NCBI GenBank assembly: GCA_049512075.1
Contig: JBEKXL010000001.1
Span: 323,462 to 387,461, forward strand
Direction: 5' to 3'
Length of the DNA stretch: 64,000 nt
Source: Candidatus Bathyarchaeia archaeon
GTDB lineage: Archaea > Thermoproteota > Bathyarchaeia > Bathyarchaeales > Bathycorpusculaceae
Part shown: positions 10,305 through 20,518 of the stretch, piece after piece
Layout of the letters: every line of letters starts with the position of its first letter
Position numbering within the stretch: the first letter of the stretch is position 1
The notes under the pieces: model-generated
The model's input: only the letters and a program-made list of their open reading frames with translations
Database searches by the model: none
What the model was told of the DNA's origin: nothing
Position numbers and translations under genes: made by a program

Positions 10305-10988
10305 TCATTCTCCCGTGTACCCGCACATTCCAAGTCGGGGGGAGTTGACTACTGGTAGAAGCATTTCCTCGCCGCACTTATGATTGGATGCGCACTCATC
10401 GCACAGCCAGCCTGTGCCATCGTAAATGCATTGGGTGCATACTTGGGTCGCGGTTTCTCCACAAACATTGCAGGTTATCGGTGGCGGCGTGTTCCTTGCC
10501 ATGAGTCGCACGCGTTTGCTTCCACGTTCACCTTTTCTTTCTGATGCCACTCTGAGTTTAAGTTCGGTTGTGGTCCCGAAGTCGTATTCGTGGGCGAAAC
10601 TCATTCCTGGCTTAAGTACGTCGCCAATCTTGGCATCCATTCCTTTCTCATGTTCAAAGTCGAATATAGGAGGCTCAATTACCTCGCACAGGTATTTTTC
10701 TCCTTCAATGGTGAATGCGCTGAGATGACCACAGCACTCCAACCAGATTTGTCTAAGGAAATCATCGAGGTCTTCAAGCGTGGCATCTTCTCTCGCTTCT
10801 ACGTGAATCCAGTACTCAGGAGAATATCGCCCTTCAACCACCAGGTGAAGAAGCCTTGCTTTCTTTGACTTTAGCTTTTCCGCAGTCTCCGAGTTGGCTT
10901 TCATCTGCTCGCACGAATCGAGATGATTCTTCATCGCCGCCTTGCTGAAGGTTTTTCCGCAGAAGGTACACACGCCATCAGAATTCAT
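10305..10988 (-). CDS. pRiA4b ORF-3-like protein with Cys-rich Zn-binding ends
   Basis: TLEDLDDFLRQIWLECCGHLSAF, YDFGTTTELKL, C-terminal NSPRLGMCGY. Confidence 0.75.
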   Translation of the reverse strand: MNSDGVCTFCGKTFSKAAMKNHLDSCEQMKANSETAEKLKSKKARLLHLVVEGRYSPEYWIHVEAREDATLEDLDDFLRQIWLECCGHLSAFTIEGEKYLCEVIEPPIFDFEHEKGMDAKIGDVLKPGMSFAHEYDFGTTTELKLRVASERKGERGSKRVRLMARNTPPPITCNVCGETATQVCTQCIYDGTGWLCDECASNHKCGEEMLLPVVNSPRLGMCGYTGE

Positions 10989-11304
10989 CCTCTTCGTGAA
11001 TATCCCTCAGCCTTGATCTAAGGTGTATTGCTCGTCTATATATTATCAGGGTTTAAGTGTTAGAGCTTGAGCGCTGCGTGAATGTCCTGAGTGAAGTTTG
11101 AGGTAATGGTTGAAAGAACCGAAGACGGCTATTACTTCCTCAGTGCCCGAGCTGCCCGTTTGCGCGCACGACGCATACATTAAATTGGAGAAACAGACCT
11201 TAGAAGCCCCATATCCGGAGCCCGCACTACTATGTTGAAAACGCTGGATCATTAACGGGAATTGAAAGAAGAAATGTTGGAGGGACAAAGTTTATTAGAG
11301 TTTT

Positions 11305-11330
11305 TGTGGGATATTTATGTGGGAAATTTA
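11305..11330 (+). promoter_or_regulatory. Tandem 13-bp repeat, candidate antitoxin operator
   Basis: tgtgggatattta / tgtgggaaattta running into the AbrB start codon. Confidence 0.4.
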
Positions 11331-11593
11331 TGTCGATATCAAAGGTTGATCAAAGACACAGAATTGTCATCGATAAGCGAATCAGAAAGAAAGCAAACAT
11401 TAGGGCAGGAGATGTTGTGATCCTTGAACCGCTGGACGATCACAGTTTCAAAGTTGACGTATTGAATTTCACCCCTGAAAACCTTGAAAATGATCCTGCT
11501 TGGAAGGCAATTCACACGCCCATCAAGGTCAAAAAGTACATCCAACCGGAAAAACTTGAAGAGATCATGGAGGAAAAGACCTGGCAACAGTAA
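11330..11593 (+). CDS. AbrB/MazE-type antitoxin
   Basis: SKVDQRHRIVIDKRIRKKANIRAGDVV swapped-hairpin pattern; overlaps PIN gene. Confidence 0.8.
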   Translation: MSISKVDQRHRIVIDKRIRKKANIRAGDVVILEPLDDHSFKVDVLNFTPENLENDPAWKAIHTPIKVKKYIQPEKLEEIMEEKTWQQ

Positions 11594-12042
11594 GCAGAGA
11601 CAAAACGAAGCCCCTCGCCATATTAGACTCAAACGTAATAGTTTATTCGATGATAAAGGACTATCCAAACGAGTTGTATCACAGAAAGTGTCTTACTCTC
11701 TTGGAGAATGGTCTCAAAGGAGAGTTAGAGTACATTTTGAGCTTAAACCCAATAGTCGTAGTTGAGGTTTTCTCAGCTCTAAGGAAACTCTTGAATTGGA
11801 GCGAAGCTGAATTTAGGACTGGTTCGCTGCTGCGTTCGAGACGCATCGCTTTCTTATCAATATCAAAGGAGGCCTGTCAAAATTCCGTTAGATGGGCAAA
11901 AGAAAAGAGCGTCCCAATCAACGATGCCATGATAGGTGCGAACATGGTAGAATATGCTCACGTAATCTACACTGTGGATGAAGAACACTTCAAGCGACTT
12001 GAAGAACACGGGATCAGAATCCTTAACCCAATTAAATCATAA
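11581..12042 (+). CDS. PIN-domain (VapC-like) toxin
   Basis: ILDSNVIVY lies in frame upstream of ATG 11650; also EVFS, DAMIGA, YTVDEEHF; start inferred at CTG 11581. Confidence 0.8.
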   Translation: MATVSRDKTKPLAILDSNVIVYSMIKDYPNELYHRKCLTLLENGLKGELEYILSLNPIVVVEVFSALRKLLNWSEAEFRTGSLLRSRRIAFLSISKEACQNSVRWAKEKSVPINDAMIGANMVEYAHVIYTVDEEHFKRLEEHGIRILNPIKS

Positions 12043-12084
12043 CTCCAGACTTTTAGGACCGACGCGTATTCACTAAAGGTGTTA

Positions 12085-12665
12085 CCACGGGACAAACGTT
12101 AGATGCAAAGTCTGAATGTCGGAAATGCGGAAAGATAGTTTCGTTTGAGCAATATGAACGAGACAAATTCTGTCCAGACTGCGGTATGTTTCTGCCTAGG
12201 CCTCGCCGACCAGATGTTGGGTGTTTCAGTTCAATCCCACAATATATAGATGGTTTGACTGGATCAAGGAAAACAGAGAAACTGAACAATGGTTAACAAG
12301 CCAGCACGCCAGAGAGATTCATAGAAAAGACGTGGCAGCTATTTGGGCTTCTGGATATAGGGCAGGGTTCTATGCCGTAGGAGAAATAGAAACAAATCCA
12401 AGCAAAAAAACCACTCAACCCAGAACAAGAGAAATACTGGACAAGAAGTGCAGATGTCCATAAATTCCGAGAGAAGAGTAGCGTTATTGTAAAATACTTC
12501 AAAGTAGCCATCGATAGACCTCTCCTTGTGGACAAGTGCATAAAAGATCCTACACTCTCGGCTATGGAAATTCTAGAACAGCCTCAAGGAACAAACTTTT
12601 CGCTCACAAAAGAACAGTGGAACAGAATCTTGATGTTAATTGATAAGAAAGCACCAAATGGATAG
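12085..12665 (+). pseudogene. Zn-ribbon + EVE-domain gene, frameshifted
   Basis: CRKC..CPDC, then WVFQFNP...IWASG..AGFYAVGEI, then a shift in the A7 run near 12404 to ...QPQGTNFSLTKEQWNRI*; 5' boundary approximate. Confidence 0.65.
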
Positions 12666-12774
12666 ACAAAAAAGGCGTTTAAGCAGACATCAGCATGAAA
12701 GGGCCCTTTTATAAAAACTAACCTTATAGGTGGACCGATCAGACCTGCTTCAAATCAAAAGTTCTCGCGCGCGC

Positions 12775-13035
12775 CACCTGCACACACTCAGACATTGGAA
12801 AGCAACCATGGAATTCTACAGAACCAAGAACATCAAATTCGTCCAGAACATCCTTGGCCACAAGAAGCTTGAAAACACCGACGTGTACACCCATCTCATA
12901 AACTTTGAAAGCGACGAATGGCACGTAGCTCACGCCAGAAACTTGGAAGAGGAAAATAAATTAATAGAGGCAGGCTTTGAATACGTACGCTACAGCGAAA
13001 AAGACGAAGTCGCCATATACCGCAAACGAAAGTAA
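12775..13035 (+). pseudogene. C-terminal fragment of a tyrosine recombinase/integrase
   Basis: HTLRHW..VQNILGHKKLENTDVYTH (HxxR, H, catalytic Y); homology begins right after cgcgcgcgc at 12766-12774; lies just upstream of the tRNA. Confidence 0.85.
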
Positions 13036-13076
13036 TCGCCACGGGCTATTTCCAAACCTCAGTAGTATTACTCAGG

Positions 13077-13154
13077 GCTCCGGTAGTATAGTCCGGTTAA
13101 GTATTCCGGCCTTTCGAGCCGGAGACCCGGGTCCAAATCCCGGCCGGAGCACCA
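13077..13154 (+). tRNA. tRNA-Glu(UUC), intronless, encoded CCA
   Basis: Acceptor GCTCCGG/CCGGAGC-A-CCA, anticodon arm CCGGC-CTTTCGA-GCCGG, T-arm CCGGG-TCCAAAT-CCCGG. Confidence 0.95.
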
Positions 13155-13318
13155 AAGAACTTTCTCTTAGCGCGCGCTGGGATTTGAACATTAGACCAAG
13201 TGAAGAAATCTTCCGCACAAACACTTTTTTTCTTTTAGCCCGCGTGGAGGTGATCCCATCTGAGAAAAATAAATACAGATCAACCAAACCGCGGCGCTAT
13301 TGTAGCTAGCTAGCTAGC

Positions 13319-13411
13319 AACCTTGCCCAACAGTTCACCATCCTCAGCGGAATAGCAGCATTATTCTTTGTCTTAGCGGTAATGACGGTAAAGGACAAAA
13401 TGGCCGACTAA
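13319..13411 (+). pseudogene. 3' fragment of a membrane (ABC-2 permease-like) gene
   Basis: Reads NLAQQFTILSGIAALFFVLAVMTVKDKMAD* with no start; follows gctagctagctagc. Confidence 0.35.
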
Positions 13412-13785
13412 GAAAGAGACTTACGCCCGAGAAGTGCGCATGTGCATGCAACATGTCCTTTTCTTAAGGCGCGGGCGCTAAATACGAGACCTCAACCCAA
13501 GAATAAATGTTAACCAATTTCGGGACAAGCCAGCGCGCGCTATGGAGAGAGACTGAGGTTAAAGTGAATCTTAGCTATAAGGGGCTCTGTCAACTCTTCG
13601 GGACTTGAATGATAGCGCCGCGCTACCTTAGAACCGAAAGCGGTTTAGTTCGTGCTTCTTTCGCGCGCGCGAATGTGCGGAATGTTGCTCAAAGGAGCTA
13701 CTGATTTAGCCCGCACTACCGATGATGCCGCAAACTTGAGTGAAACTTATAAAGAAACCAAGCGACTTTCATAAGGGCGAAATCC

Positions 13786-14067
13786 ATGTCCGAACCTTCA
13801 GCCCGTGCTAACCCTGACGATTTAGAAATGTTAAAACTTTTCAGAACGCGACAAGACGCGCGTGCGCGCGAAATAGCACGCGCGCTAAGGATTTCGGGCA
13901 TAATCCTTCTCGTCATTGGTCTGTTAGTAGCGGTTGGACAAACTTTCAACATAATAAGTGAATTCTATTATGAAACAGAGTTGCTAGGCAGCTTGTGTTG
14001 GATCGCTGTCGGAATGGCAATTGAGTTCTTCGGCATAGGTCTAATTATCGTTAGCAAAGAAAAATAG
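13786..14067 (+). CDS. Small 2-TM membrane protein, possibly chimeric
   Basis: Two hydrophobic helices; internal GCGC-palindrome cluster at 13856-13888; TAG stop is part of tagcgagcgc. Confidence 0.5.
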   Translation: MSEPSARANPDDLEMLKLFRTRQDARAREIARALRISGIILLVIGLLVAVGQTFNIISEFYYETELLGSLCWIAVGMAIEFFGIGLIIVSKEK

Positions 14068-14292
14068 CGAGCGCCATAAACACAAGCGCGCGCGCTGTTC
14101 GAGAGACATCTCCACTTGTCTTGGGTTCAAATCCCAAAGACCCTGCAACCTAAACAAAAAAAGGGCGCGCGGTTGAGCTGGAGACGTTGTGAGGGGATTA
14201 ACCCGTTGTGTTTGATTGCGTAAGTAAAGGATTTATTCGGCGAATACTCCAGAGGTTTGGCTATATTGGTTTGTTGTGAAGGGGGACGGGAA

Positions 14293-14787
14293 ATGAAGTC
14301 GGCTTTGCTCGTAATTGATGTGCAGAAGGAGTTTTTCAACATCAGTCAGACATGTTCTGACTCTTTGAAGTCGGCGGTTGAATACATAAATGCGACAATC
14401 GCCCTCTTTAGAAAGAAAAGTTTACCCGTCTTTGTCATACAACATAGGAGTGACAAGGAGGGCCTCGTACCAGGAAAACCAGGTTTTGACGTTCCTGAGA
14501 GTTTGAAGGTTGAGCCTCAGGATACACGCATAGTCAAGACCTATGGTAACTCATTTGTGAAAACTGGTCTTGAAGAGAAACTCAGAGAACTTGGAGTTGA
14601 CACGGTATTCGTGACTGGGTTTTGTGCAGAATTCTGCGTTTTATCCACGTATAGAGGTGCTGAGAACCTTGACTTCGTGCCGATAATAGTAAAGGGTTCT
14701 ATCGCTTCGGACAATATAGAACACATCAGGTTCGTGGAAGAGATCAGCGAAACCATTTCTCTCGGCGCATTGAAAACTCTTCTCTAA
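14293..14787 (+). CDS. Isochorismatase-family cysteine hydrolase
   Basis: ALLVIDVQKEF, KTYGNSF, VTGFCAEFCVLST. Confidence 0.9.
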   Translation: MKSALLVIDVQKEFFNISQTCSDSLKSAVEYINATIALFRKKSLPVFVIQHRSDKEGLVPGKPGFDVPESLKVEPQDTRIVKTYGNSFVKTGLEEKLRELGVDTVFVTGFCAEFCVLSTYRGAENLDFVPIIVKGSIASDNIEHIRFVEEISETISLGALKTLL

Positions 14788-15141
14788 TTCTATTCTTTAG
14801 CGCGCGCTTTCTGTCAGTTGGTTGTAAGAACAACCTTCCCCACTCTCAGCACGCTAACCTTATTTGGTATAGATAGCAGCGACCCTGAATCTGAACAAAA
14901 AAGGGAAATTTCGGTAGAAATTACAGTCTGGGAACGGTAACTCCCGGGCTACCACTCCTGGACTCCGCGAGCACACAGCAACTGTATCTGCACCTAATTA
15001 GGTATGAATCCCCACCGATCCACGTAGTGAATATATAGACGGTATTGCCTAGTAACTCATACCACATGGAGCAATGGAGGTTGGTGTTCATGCGAAAATT
15101 GAGGAGTTTAGAAGAAGGAAAAGAACCGGACTTAAAGTCTG

Positions 15142-15160
15142 AATCCCGGCCGGAGCACCA
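15142..15160 (+). repeat. att-like copy of tRNA-Glu 3' end
   Basis: aatcccggccggagcacca is identical to 13136-13154. Confidence 0.85.
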
Positions 15161-15296
15161 TTGTTCTCACTCTTGATGTACCTGTTTTGCCCAAAAAAGC
15201 TCAGTTTAGGTAGCACGCGCGCTATCGAACAGAATGAATCGCGCGAGCTGAGTGTGTCTGAGAGTTACGTCAGATAAACATGCAAAATCGTGTTAG

Positions 15297-18200
15297 TTAC
15301 TTGCGCTTCTGTAGGTCTTCTTTCCTAATAAGTAGCTCGTTCTCTAGATGGTCCCGATTGCTCATCTTCTTGATCTTCAGGAATTTTTCTAGGCCTTTCT
15401 CTGTTTCTTTCTCGTGGATGTTGACCTCTCCGTCAAACAGTCCTAGAATTGCGTGAAGCTCCTCTGAAGTGTGCATTTGAGGATCTATTACTGCTAGAGT
15501 AGTGAATCCCGCTGACCGCAATTCGGGTATGAGTGCAGCGAGCCATCTTCTCGTTTGAACTACATGATGTTGAAGGAGAACGTCCGAAATTATCTCAATG
15601 CAAATCCTTCTTGGACGCTGGTGAGTCGCATCTATTTTGCGGATGGCTGAAGTTAGAGCCATGTTGATGTTTGTCAAGTTGTCTACACCGTTTATCTTGA
15701 CCACGTTGGGCAAGCTTTTGATGATCGCGTCTGCCTGAGGATTACACACGAAGAGGCAGAAGTTTGAGGGGAACTCCTCCGCGAGTATCTTACAGTCACA
15801 CATACCAGGGTCGATGGTGACATGAAATGTCTCTTCACCCCTTTTTGCCCCCGTCTCAAGAAAACTCCTGACCAGTAAACCCCTCACGTCGTAGGAAGGT
15901 GAGGTCAAAGCCACCGCGTAGTTTTCGGGTATCCCCCCACACAAAAGCCCGTCAAGGCCTGCGTACCCAGTAGCGATGTGACCGGGAATACCCTCCGAGA
16001 CTTCTGCGGCGGGTTCGGACTTCGAGACCACTTCCCGCGCAGTTTCTTCGCGAACCATTCTTGACCTTGTTTTTTCTACCCTCTTGATCGCACCGATCTC
16101 CTGATATATGCCAAGTGCTTGGTTCAACAGCGAAAAGGCTCTTTCTTCATCGCCCTCTTCGTTCCTTTCCAGATGCGTTGAGCCGTATTCGTACAGAAGA
16201 TCAGCGAATGGTTCGACGTACCATTTCTGTGCATCCACGGATTTATATCCTTGAAAGCTCTTTTCGAAGTGTTGTATTGATTGTTCCCAGTTTTTCTGCT
16301 CTCTCAAGAGCATTGCTTTCAACATTTCGACTTCGGCCATAACAAGCTTGTTTTTGGCTTTTGCTGCGTACGCACGGATCTTCTCGATCAGTTCCCTGGC
16401 CTTTTCACTTTCGCCTTTTTTCAGATACAACTTCGAAAGCTTAGGCAGCACTAGTAGAACCTGGGTGTCTACGTCTCCTGCTTCTTGATATGCGCTGTTG
16501 GATTCATTAAGGTACTTCTCTGCTTCCCCGTAGTCTTCCATTTCCATGAACAATTCGCCAAGCCCGACGCCCGCTTCTGCAGAAAACTGGTATTCTCCTA
16601 CTCTTCTTGCCATGTCATAGGCTTCCCTCAGATACTGAAGACTCTTCTCCCATTCTCCTAAGACGAGATAGCATACGCCAATACCGGTCAATGGGACCGA
16701 AACATGGGCGGTGTATTTGGCTCTCTTGTCAAATGCCAAAATTTCTTCAAACATGGACATTGCTCTCTGGATTTCGCCCATGTACGCATAGCTTGAAGCC
16801 AACATCACATCAAGCCAGGCTAAGCCGTATAAGCCGCCAACTTTTCTCACGAACTCCGACCCTTTCTGAGCGGTTTCAAATGATTTTTGAAGCTCTCCAA
16901 TGCTACCGTAAAGTGTGGCAAGGTTGTTGTAGAAATTCGTAGCGTACCCTACCAAGTTATTCTTGAGAGCCATCTTCAGCCCTTGCTCGTAGTATTGCAG
17001 AGCCTTTTCATGTTCGCCAGATTTCAGACTTATCGTCCCCAAGTCATTATAGCACCCTGTGAGGACTTGTTGGTTGCCTAGCCTCTCTGCGAGTTCAAAG
17101 GCTTTCTGTGCCCAAGACAATGCTTCAGGTTTGCCACTTCGCCAAAGCATGTGTGAGATGTCTTCATATAGACCGGCTAGTTCCGCACTTTCAGGCTCTT
17201 TTTGAAGTATTTCCAAAGCCATGTTATGATGCTTAGAAGCAATGTCCTTGTCCCCAGCATTCTGCCAGAACAGTGATCCCATCCATCCGTGAAGTCGTGC
17301 ACTGTTTTTCTTGTCTTCTAGCTGGTCCCACAAATCCAATGCTCTATCCCAGTATTCCAAGCAGACGCGTGGTTCGCCCATCCACCATTTGAGGCTACCA
17401 AGCCTTTCAATTATGCGCGCCTTCTTCTCAAGATTATCTCCTTGTTCTTCGAGAAGCTCAAGGGCATGCTGAAGGTAAGAAAAGGCCTCATTGTGAGCAT
17501 AAACTCTCTGCGCTTTTTCCCCTGCCTTCAAGAAGTATTCAAGCGCCTTGTCCTTGTCACCAGCCTCCAAGAAGTGGTAAGCCAGTTCCCCAAAATGTTG
17601 ATCAACACTACTAGCATAGACTTTCTCCAAAGCATTTCCAACAGAATCGTGAAGCTTCTTGTGTCGTAGATGGCTAACTTCTTCATGCACGACATCTCTC
17701 ACCATTACATCAGCGAAACAGTACACATCTTCTGCACGAATCACCTTCTCCTTGACCAGTCCTGTCTTCAACATTCTTTCCATCAGTTCGAGTAATTTAT
17801 TTTCCTCAATGCCAGTCACGCCGCGTAGAGCCTCAAATGTGAAGTCGTTACCGACGAAAGAAGCCAAGGTCAGAATGCTCTGGCTTTCATCATCCAATCG
17901 GTTTATTCTTGTCTTTATTACACTCTTTACAGTTGTAGGGAACTCGATCTTTGAGACTTCCCTGATCTTCCATTGGTTCTCCTCGCGAAAGATAACGTCT
18001 TCTTCCTTCAGAGATCTCATCACTTCTTCCACGAAGAAAGGGTTCCCTCTAGTCTTCTCATAAACTAACTCACAGAACTCTTTCGGCACCTCTTCCTGCT
18101 CCAGGATCTGCCGGATCATCTCAGAAACATCATTGAGAGACATTCGCTTCAGCATGATAGGCCTCAACAGACGTTCCCTATTCAGTTCCGCCAAGACTGG

Positions 18201-18848
18201 CGACAGAGGATGCTTCTCGTCAACGTCAGTCTCACGATAAGCACCCAGAAGAAGCAATCGTGTCTTGTAGATGCCGCGCGCCAAATAGTGTAAGAGCAGA
18301 AGCGAAGTCTGATCAGTCCACTGCAAATCATCAAGAACGACCAACAACGGAGCTTCCTTACAAACGTTGACTATAAACTGGAAGACTGCCTCAAACAGCC
18401 TGTCACGCTCGTGTTCAGGACCGACAGGTAGGGACTGAGGAATCGTCCCGAGCTTTTGCCTAAGTTCAGGAACCAACTTTGCAACCTCACTTGGATAAAA
18501 GCTAACAACCCTGTACAATTGCTCTGGACTACAAGCCTCCAAATAGTCTCTTAGCACCTCGCTCCATAGAACATACGGAGGAACCCCATCCATCCTGAAC
18601 AGAGCCGGACATCTTCCATAGAGAACTTGCATCCCACGCAAGCGTGCGTAAGCACCGAGTTCTCTGGTCAGCCTCGTCTTGCCTATTCCAGCCTCTCCGG
18701 ACAGAAAAACAAGACCGCCCTGACCCTGAATTGCCCCATCAACGGCCTCCCTAAGAAGCCTCATCTCCTCAACTCTATCAATAAGCTGACTCTCTTTTAC
18801 CGCAAGAGGACGCGGGCTCGGAACAACTTCTGGCTCACGCGACGGCAC
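15297..18848 (-). CDS. STAND-type AAA ATPase + TPR repeats + C-terminal degenerate KaiC/RAD55-like domain
   Basis: GEAGIGKT, LVVLDDLQW, TRGNPFF, TPR-like helices, then TGYAGLDGLLCGGIP with Walker A replaced by TSPSYDVR. Confidence 0.85.
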   Translation of the reverse strand: MPSREPEVVPSPRPLAVKESQLIDRVEEMRLLREAVDGAIQGQGGLVFLSGEAGIGKTRLTRELGAYARLRGMQVLYGRCPALFRMDGVPPYVLWSEVLRDYLEACSPEQLYRVVSFYPSEVAKLVPELRQKLGTIPQSLPVGPEHERDRLFEAVFQFIVNVCKEAPLLVVLDDLQWTDQTSLLLLHYLARGIYKTRLLLLGAYRETDVDEKHPLSPVLAELNRERLLRPIMLKRMSLNDVSEMIRQILEQEEVPKEFCELVYEKTRGNPFFVEEVMRSLKEEDVIFREENQWKIREVSKIEFPTTVKSVIKTRINRLDDESQSILTLASFVGNDFTFEALRGVTGIEENKLLELMERMLKTGLVKEKVIRAEDVYCFADVMVRDVVHEEVSHLRHKKLHDSVGNALEKVYASSVDQHFGELAYHFLEAGDKDKALEYFLKAGEKAQRVYAHNEAFSYLQHALELLEEQGDNLEKKARIIERLGSLKWWMGEPRVCLEYWDRALDLWDQLEDKKNSARLHGWMGSLFWQNAGDKDIASKHHNMALEILQKEPESAELAGLYEDISHMLWRSGKPEALSWAQKAFELAERLGNQQVLTGCYNDLGTISLKSGEHEKALQYYEQGLKMALKNNLVGYATNFYNNLATLYGSIGELQKSFETAQKGSEFVRKVGGLYGLAWLDVMLASSYAYMGEIQRAMSMFEEILAFDKRAKYTAHVSVPLTGIGVCYLVLGEWEKSLQYLREAYDMARRVGEYQFSAEAGVGLGELFMEMEDYGEAEKYLNESNSAYQEAGDVDTQVLLVLPKLSKLYLKKGESEKARELIEKIRAYAAKAKNKLVMAEVEMLKAMLLREQKNWEQSIQHFEKSFQGYKSVDAQKWYVEPFADLLYEYGSTHLERNEEGDEERAFSLLNQALGIYQEIGAIKRVEKTRSRMVREETAREVVSKSEPAAEVSEGIPGHIATGYAGLDGLLCGGIPENYAVALTSPSYDVRGLLVRSFLETGAKRGEETFHVTIDPGMCDCKILAEEFPSNFCLFVCNPQADAIIKSLPNVVKINGVDNLTNINMALTSAIRKIDATHQRPRRICIEIISDVLLQHHVVQTRRWLAALIPELRSAGFTTLAVIDPQMHTSEELHAILGLFDGEVNIHEKETEKGLEKFLKIKKMSNRDHLENELLIRKEDLQKRK

Positions 18849-18988
18849 AAGTATGACTCCATGCTAACGGTTAATCACATTCATCTTGTTGCGCAATCCT
18901 AAAAAAGATATCTCATACCACAAGAGAAAGTGATACAGCCCTTCTCAGCATGTGCATCGAACAAAATCAAAAACGGTCCATGCCTTTC

Positions 18989-19107
18989 CAAGCGCGCGCT
19001 GGGAGAGTTTCGAACCCTCGCCGAGCACAGGCAAGCATACTTTTTCCGGCAAATTCGTGTTCTGATAAGGGCTAGAGCACCATTTTGACGAGGTCAAGAG
19101 AGAGATA
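18989..19107 (+). repeat. ~120-bp direct repeat, copy 1
   Basis: Matches 45477-45596 with 6 differences counted by eye; starts with caagcgcgcgct. Confidence 0.9.
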
Positions 19108-19205
19108 TCGAGAAAAAGACGTGCTTTCACATGTTCTAGTTTCCTAGGAGAAAAGTTATAGTCCAGTTTGGCTCTGTTACGAGCAGGATGTAGAAGGCAA
19201 TTTGT

Positions 19206-20192
19206 CTGGGCAAATATCTGGCTGTAGACCGAATCGAATTCATCGTAACCTATCTCTGCAACTCAAGCTGTAGCCATTGCCAACTCAGTGAAGAAGAGAA
19301 AGGGAAGAGGTTTCCAAGTCATGTTGACAAGGACAAGACTGTCGAGATTGTCAGAAAGGTCGGACAAGCGTATGCTCCAAAATCAATCATGACGTTTGGA
19401 GGAGAGCCTCTGCTCTATCCTGAAATCGTCTGCGCAATCCACGAACAAGCAAAGAAAGTGGGTATTCCCATTCGAGAAGTCATCACGAGCGGTTTCTGGT
19501 CGACAAGAGCAGAGAAGATTCAGGAAATCGCCCAGAACCTCGCGAAATCTGGTGTTAATGAAGTCTCAATCTCGGTTGACTGCTTTCATCAAGAATTCAT
19601 TCCGCTTAAGACCGTTAAGAAGGCCGCGAATTCACTCATTGCGGCAGGAATTGAGCGCGTAAGCTGGAATCCTTGTTGGGTCGTGTCTAAAGGTCATGAC
19701 AACAAATACAATCGCAGAACCAAGACAATCCTGCAGAAACTCCGCAATCTGCAAGTGGAAGAGAGTGAAGGAAACAGCGTGCAGCCCAAAGGAAGAGCCC
19801 GTTCATCTTTAACAGAATTCTTTCCACTGAGAACGCCAGTGCCGAAGGGAAAATGTGGCGAGATGCCCTACACGGAAGCGCTTGATTCAGTCAAAACAAT
19901 TTCCGTAGAACCAGACGGAAGAGTTGCTGTCTGCGAGAATTTCTACATCGGAAACGCGTTCAAATCCGACATCATTGATATCCTAGAGAACTATGACCCG
20001 TTCAAGATTCCTGAAGCCAAATCAATACTCGAAAAAGGCATGAACGGACTGATAAAATGGGCAAAGAACAGAGACGTCGAGCCAAGGCCTGAGGGATACT
20101 ACAACATCTGTCACATGTGCACCGATCTTCGAGAAAGAGCAAGCACCGCATGCTCGAATTCTTCAACCCACCGGCTACCAGTAAAAGATTAG
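19206..20192 (+). CDS. Radical SAM protein
   Basis: CNSSCSHC (CxxxCxxC) in frame upstream of ATG 19389; TFGGEPLL, ISVDCFH; start inferred at CTG 19206 (in-frame stop at 19191). Confidence 0.82.
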   Translation: MGKYLAVDRIEFIVTYLCNSSCSHCQLSEEEKGKRFPSHVDKDKTVEIVRKVGQAYAPKSIMTFGGEPLLYPEIVCAIHEQAKKVGIPIREVITSGFWSTRAEKIQEIAQNLAKSGVNEVSISVDCFHQEFIPLKTVKKAANSLIAAGIERVSWNPCWVVSKGHDNKYNRRTKTILQKLRNLQVEESEGNSVQPKGRARSSLTEFFPLRTPVPKGKCGEMPYTEALDSVKTISVEPDGRVAVCENFYIGNAFKSDIIDILENYDPFKIPEAKSILEKGMNGLIKWAKNRDVEPRPEGYYNICHMCTDLRERASTACSNSSTHRLPVKD

Positions 20193-20218
20193 CGCACGCG
20201 CTTTTGGGTTTTGGGCTT

Positions 20219-20237
20219 GGGGGTAAAGTTTTATTCC
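20219..20237 (+). repeat. GGGTAAAGTTTTATCC-type motif, copy 1 (others at 33695, 35121, 38575, 52581 reverse, 56538)
   Basis: gggggtaaagttttattcc with a GT-rich left flank and (cctt)n right flank. Confidence 0.7.
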
Positions 20238-20248
20238 TTCCTTCCTTC

Positions 20249-20518
20249 AAGCAAGATCCTATAGCTGTGGTGAAGTTTCAGGTAAAGAGACGTCCCGAAG
20301 ACGTAGTTGCTCCTGAACATCTTCTGCGTCAGCTGCGCGCCTATGAAGAGTTGCTTTCAAAATCTACTGGTTCTTTGCCCTATAGACAGCAAATACAGCT
20401 TAATGCAATAACTGAAGGGTTAGCCCTCATACGAGGAGATGTCGAACTCAAACAAGACCATGTGGACACAATTGCACGGCTTTCTAAATGGATAAACTAC
20501 GACTTCAAAGAGATTTAG
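20249..20518 (+). pseudogene. 3' fragment of a paralogue of the AAA+ ATPase at 27806-28705
   Basis: LLRQLRAYEELLSKSTGSLPYRQQIQLNAITEGLA..WINYDF vs LLRQLRQIEENLALHSGSLPYRHQIQLNALTESLA..WINYDF. Confidence 0.85.

Noticed and set aside
14121-14147. T-arm-like hairpin ttggg-ttcaaat-cccaa
   Set aside because: No acceptor, D or anticodon arm; at most another tRNA scar, too short to call
20117-20248. N-terminal part of ORF 20117-20518
   Set aside because: Overlaps the radical SAM gene end and non-coding motifs; only the 3' part is ATPase-derived
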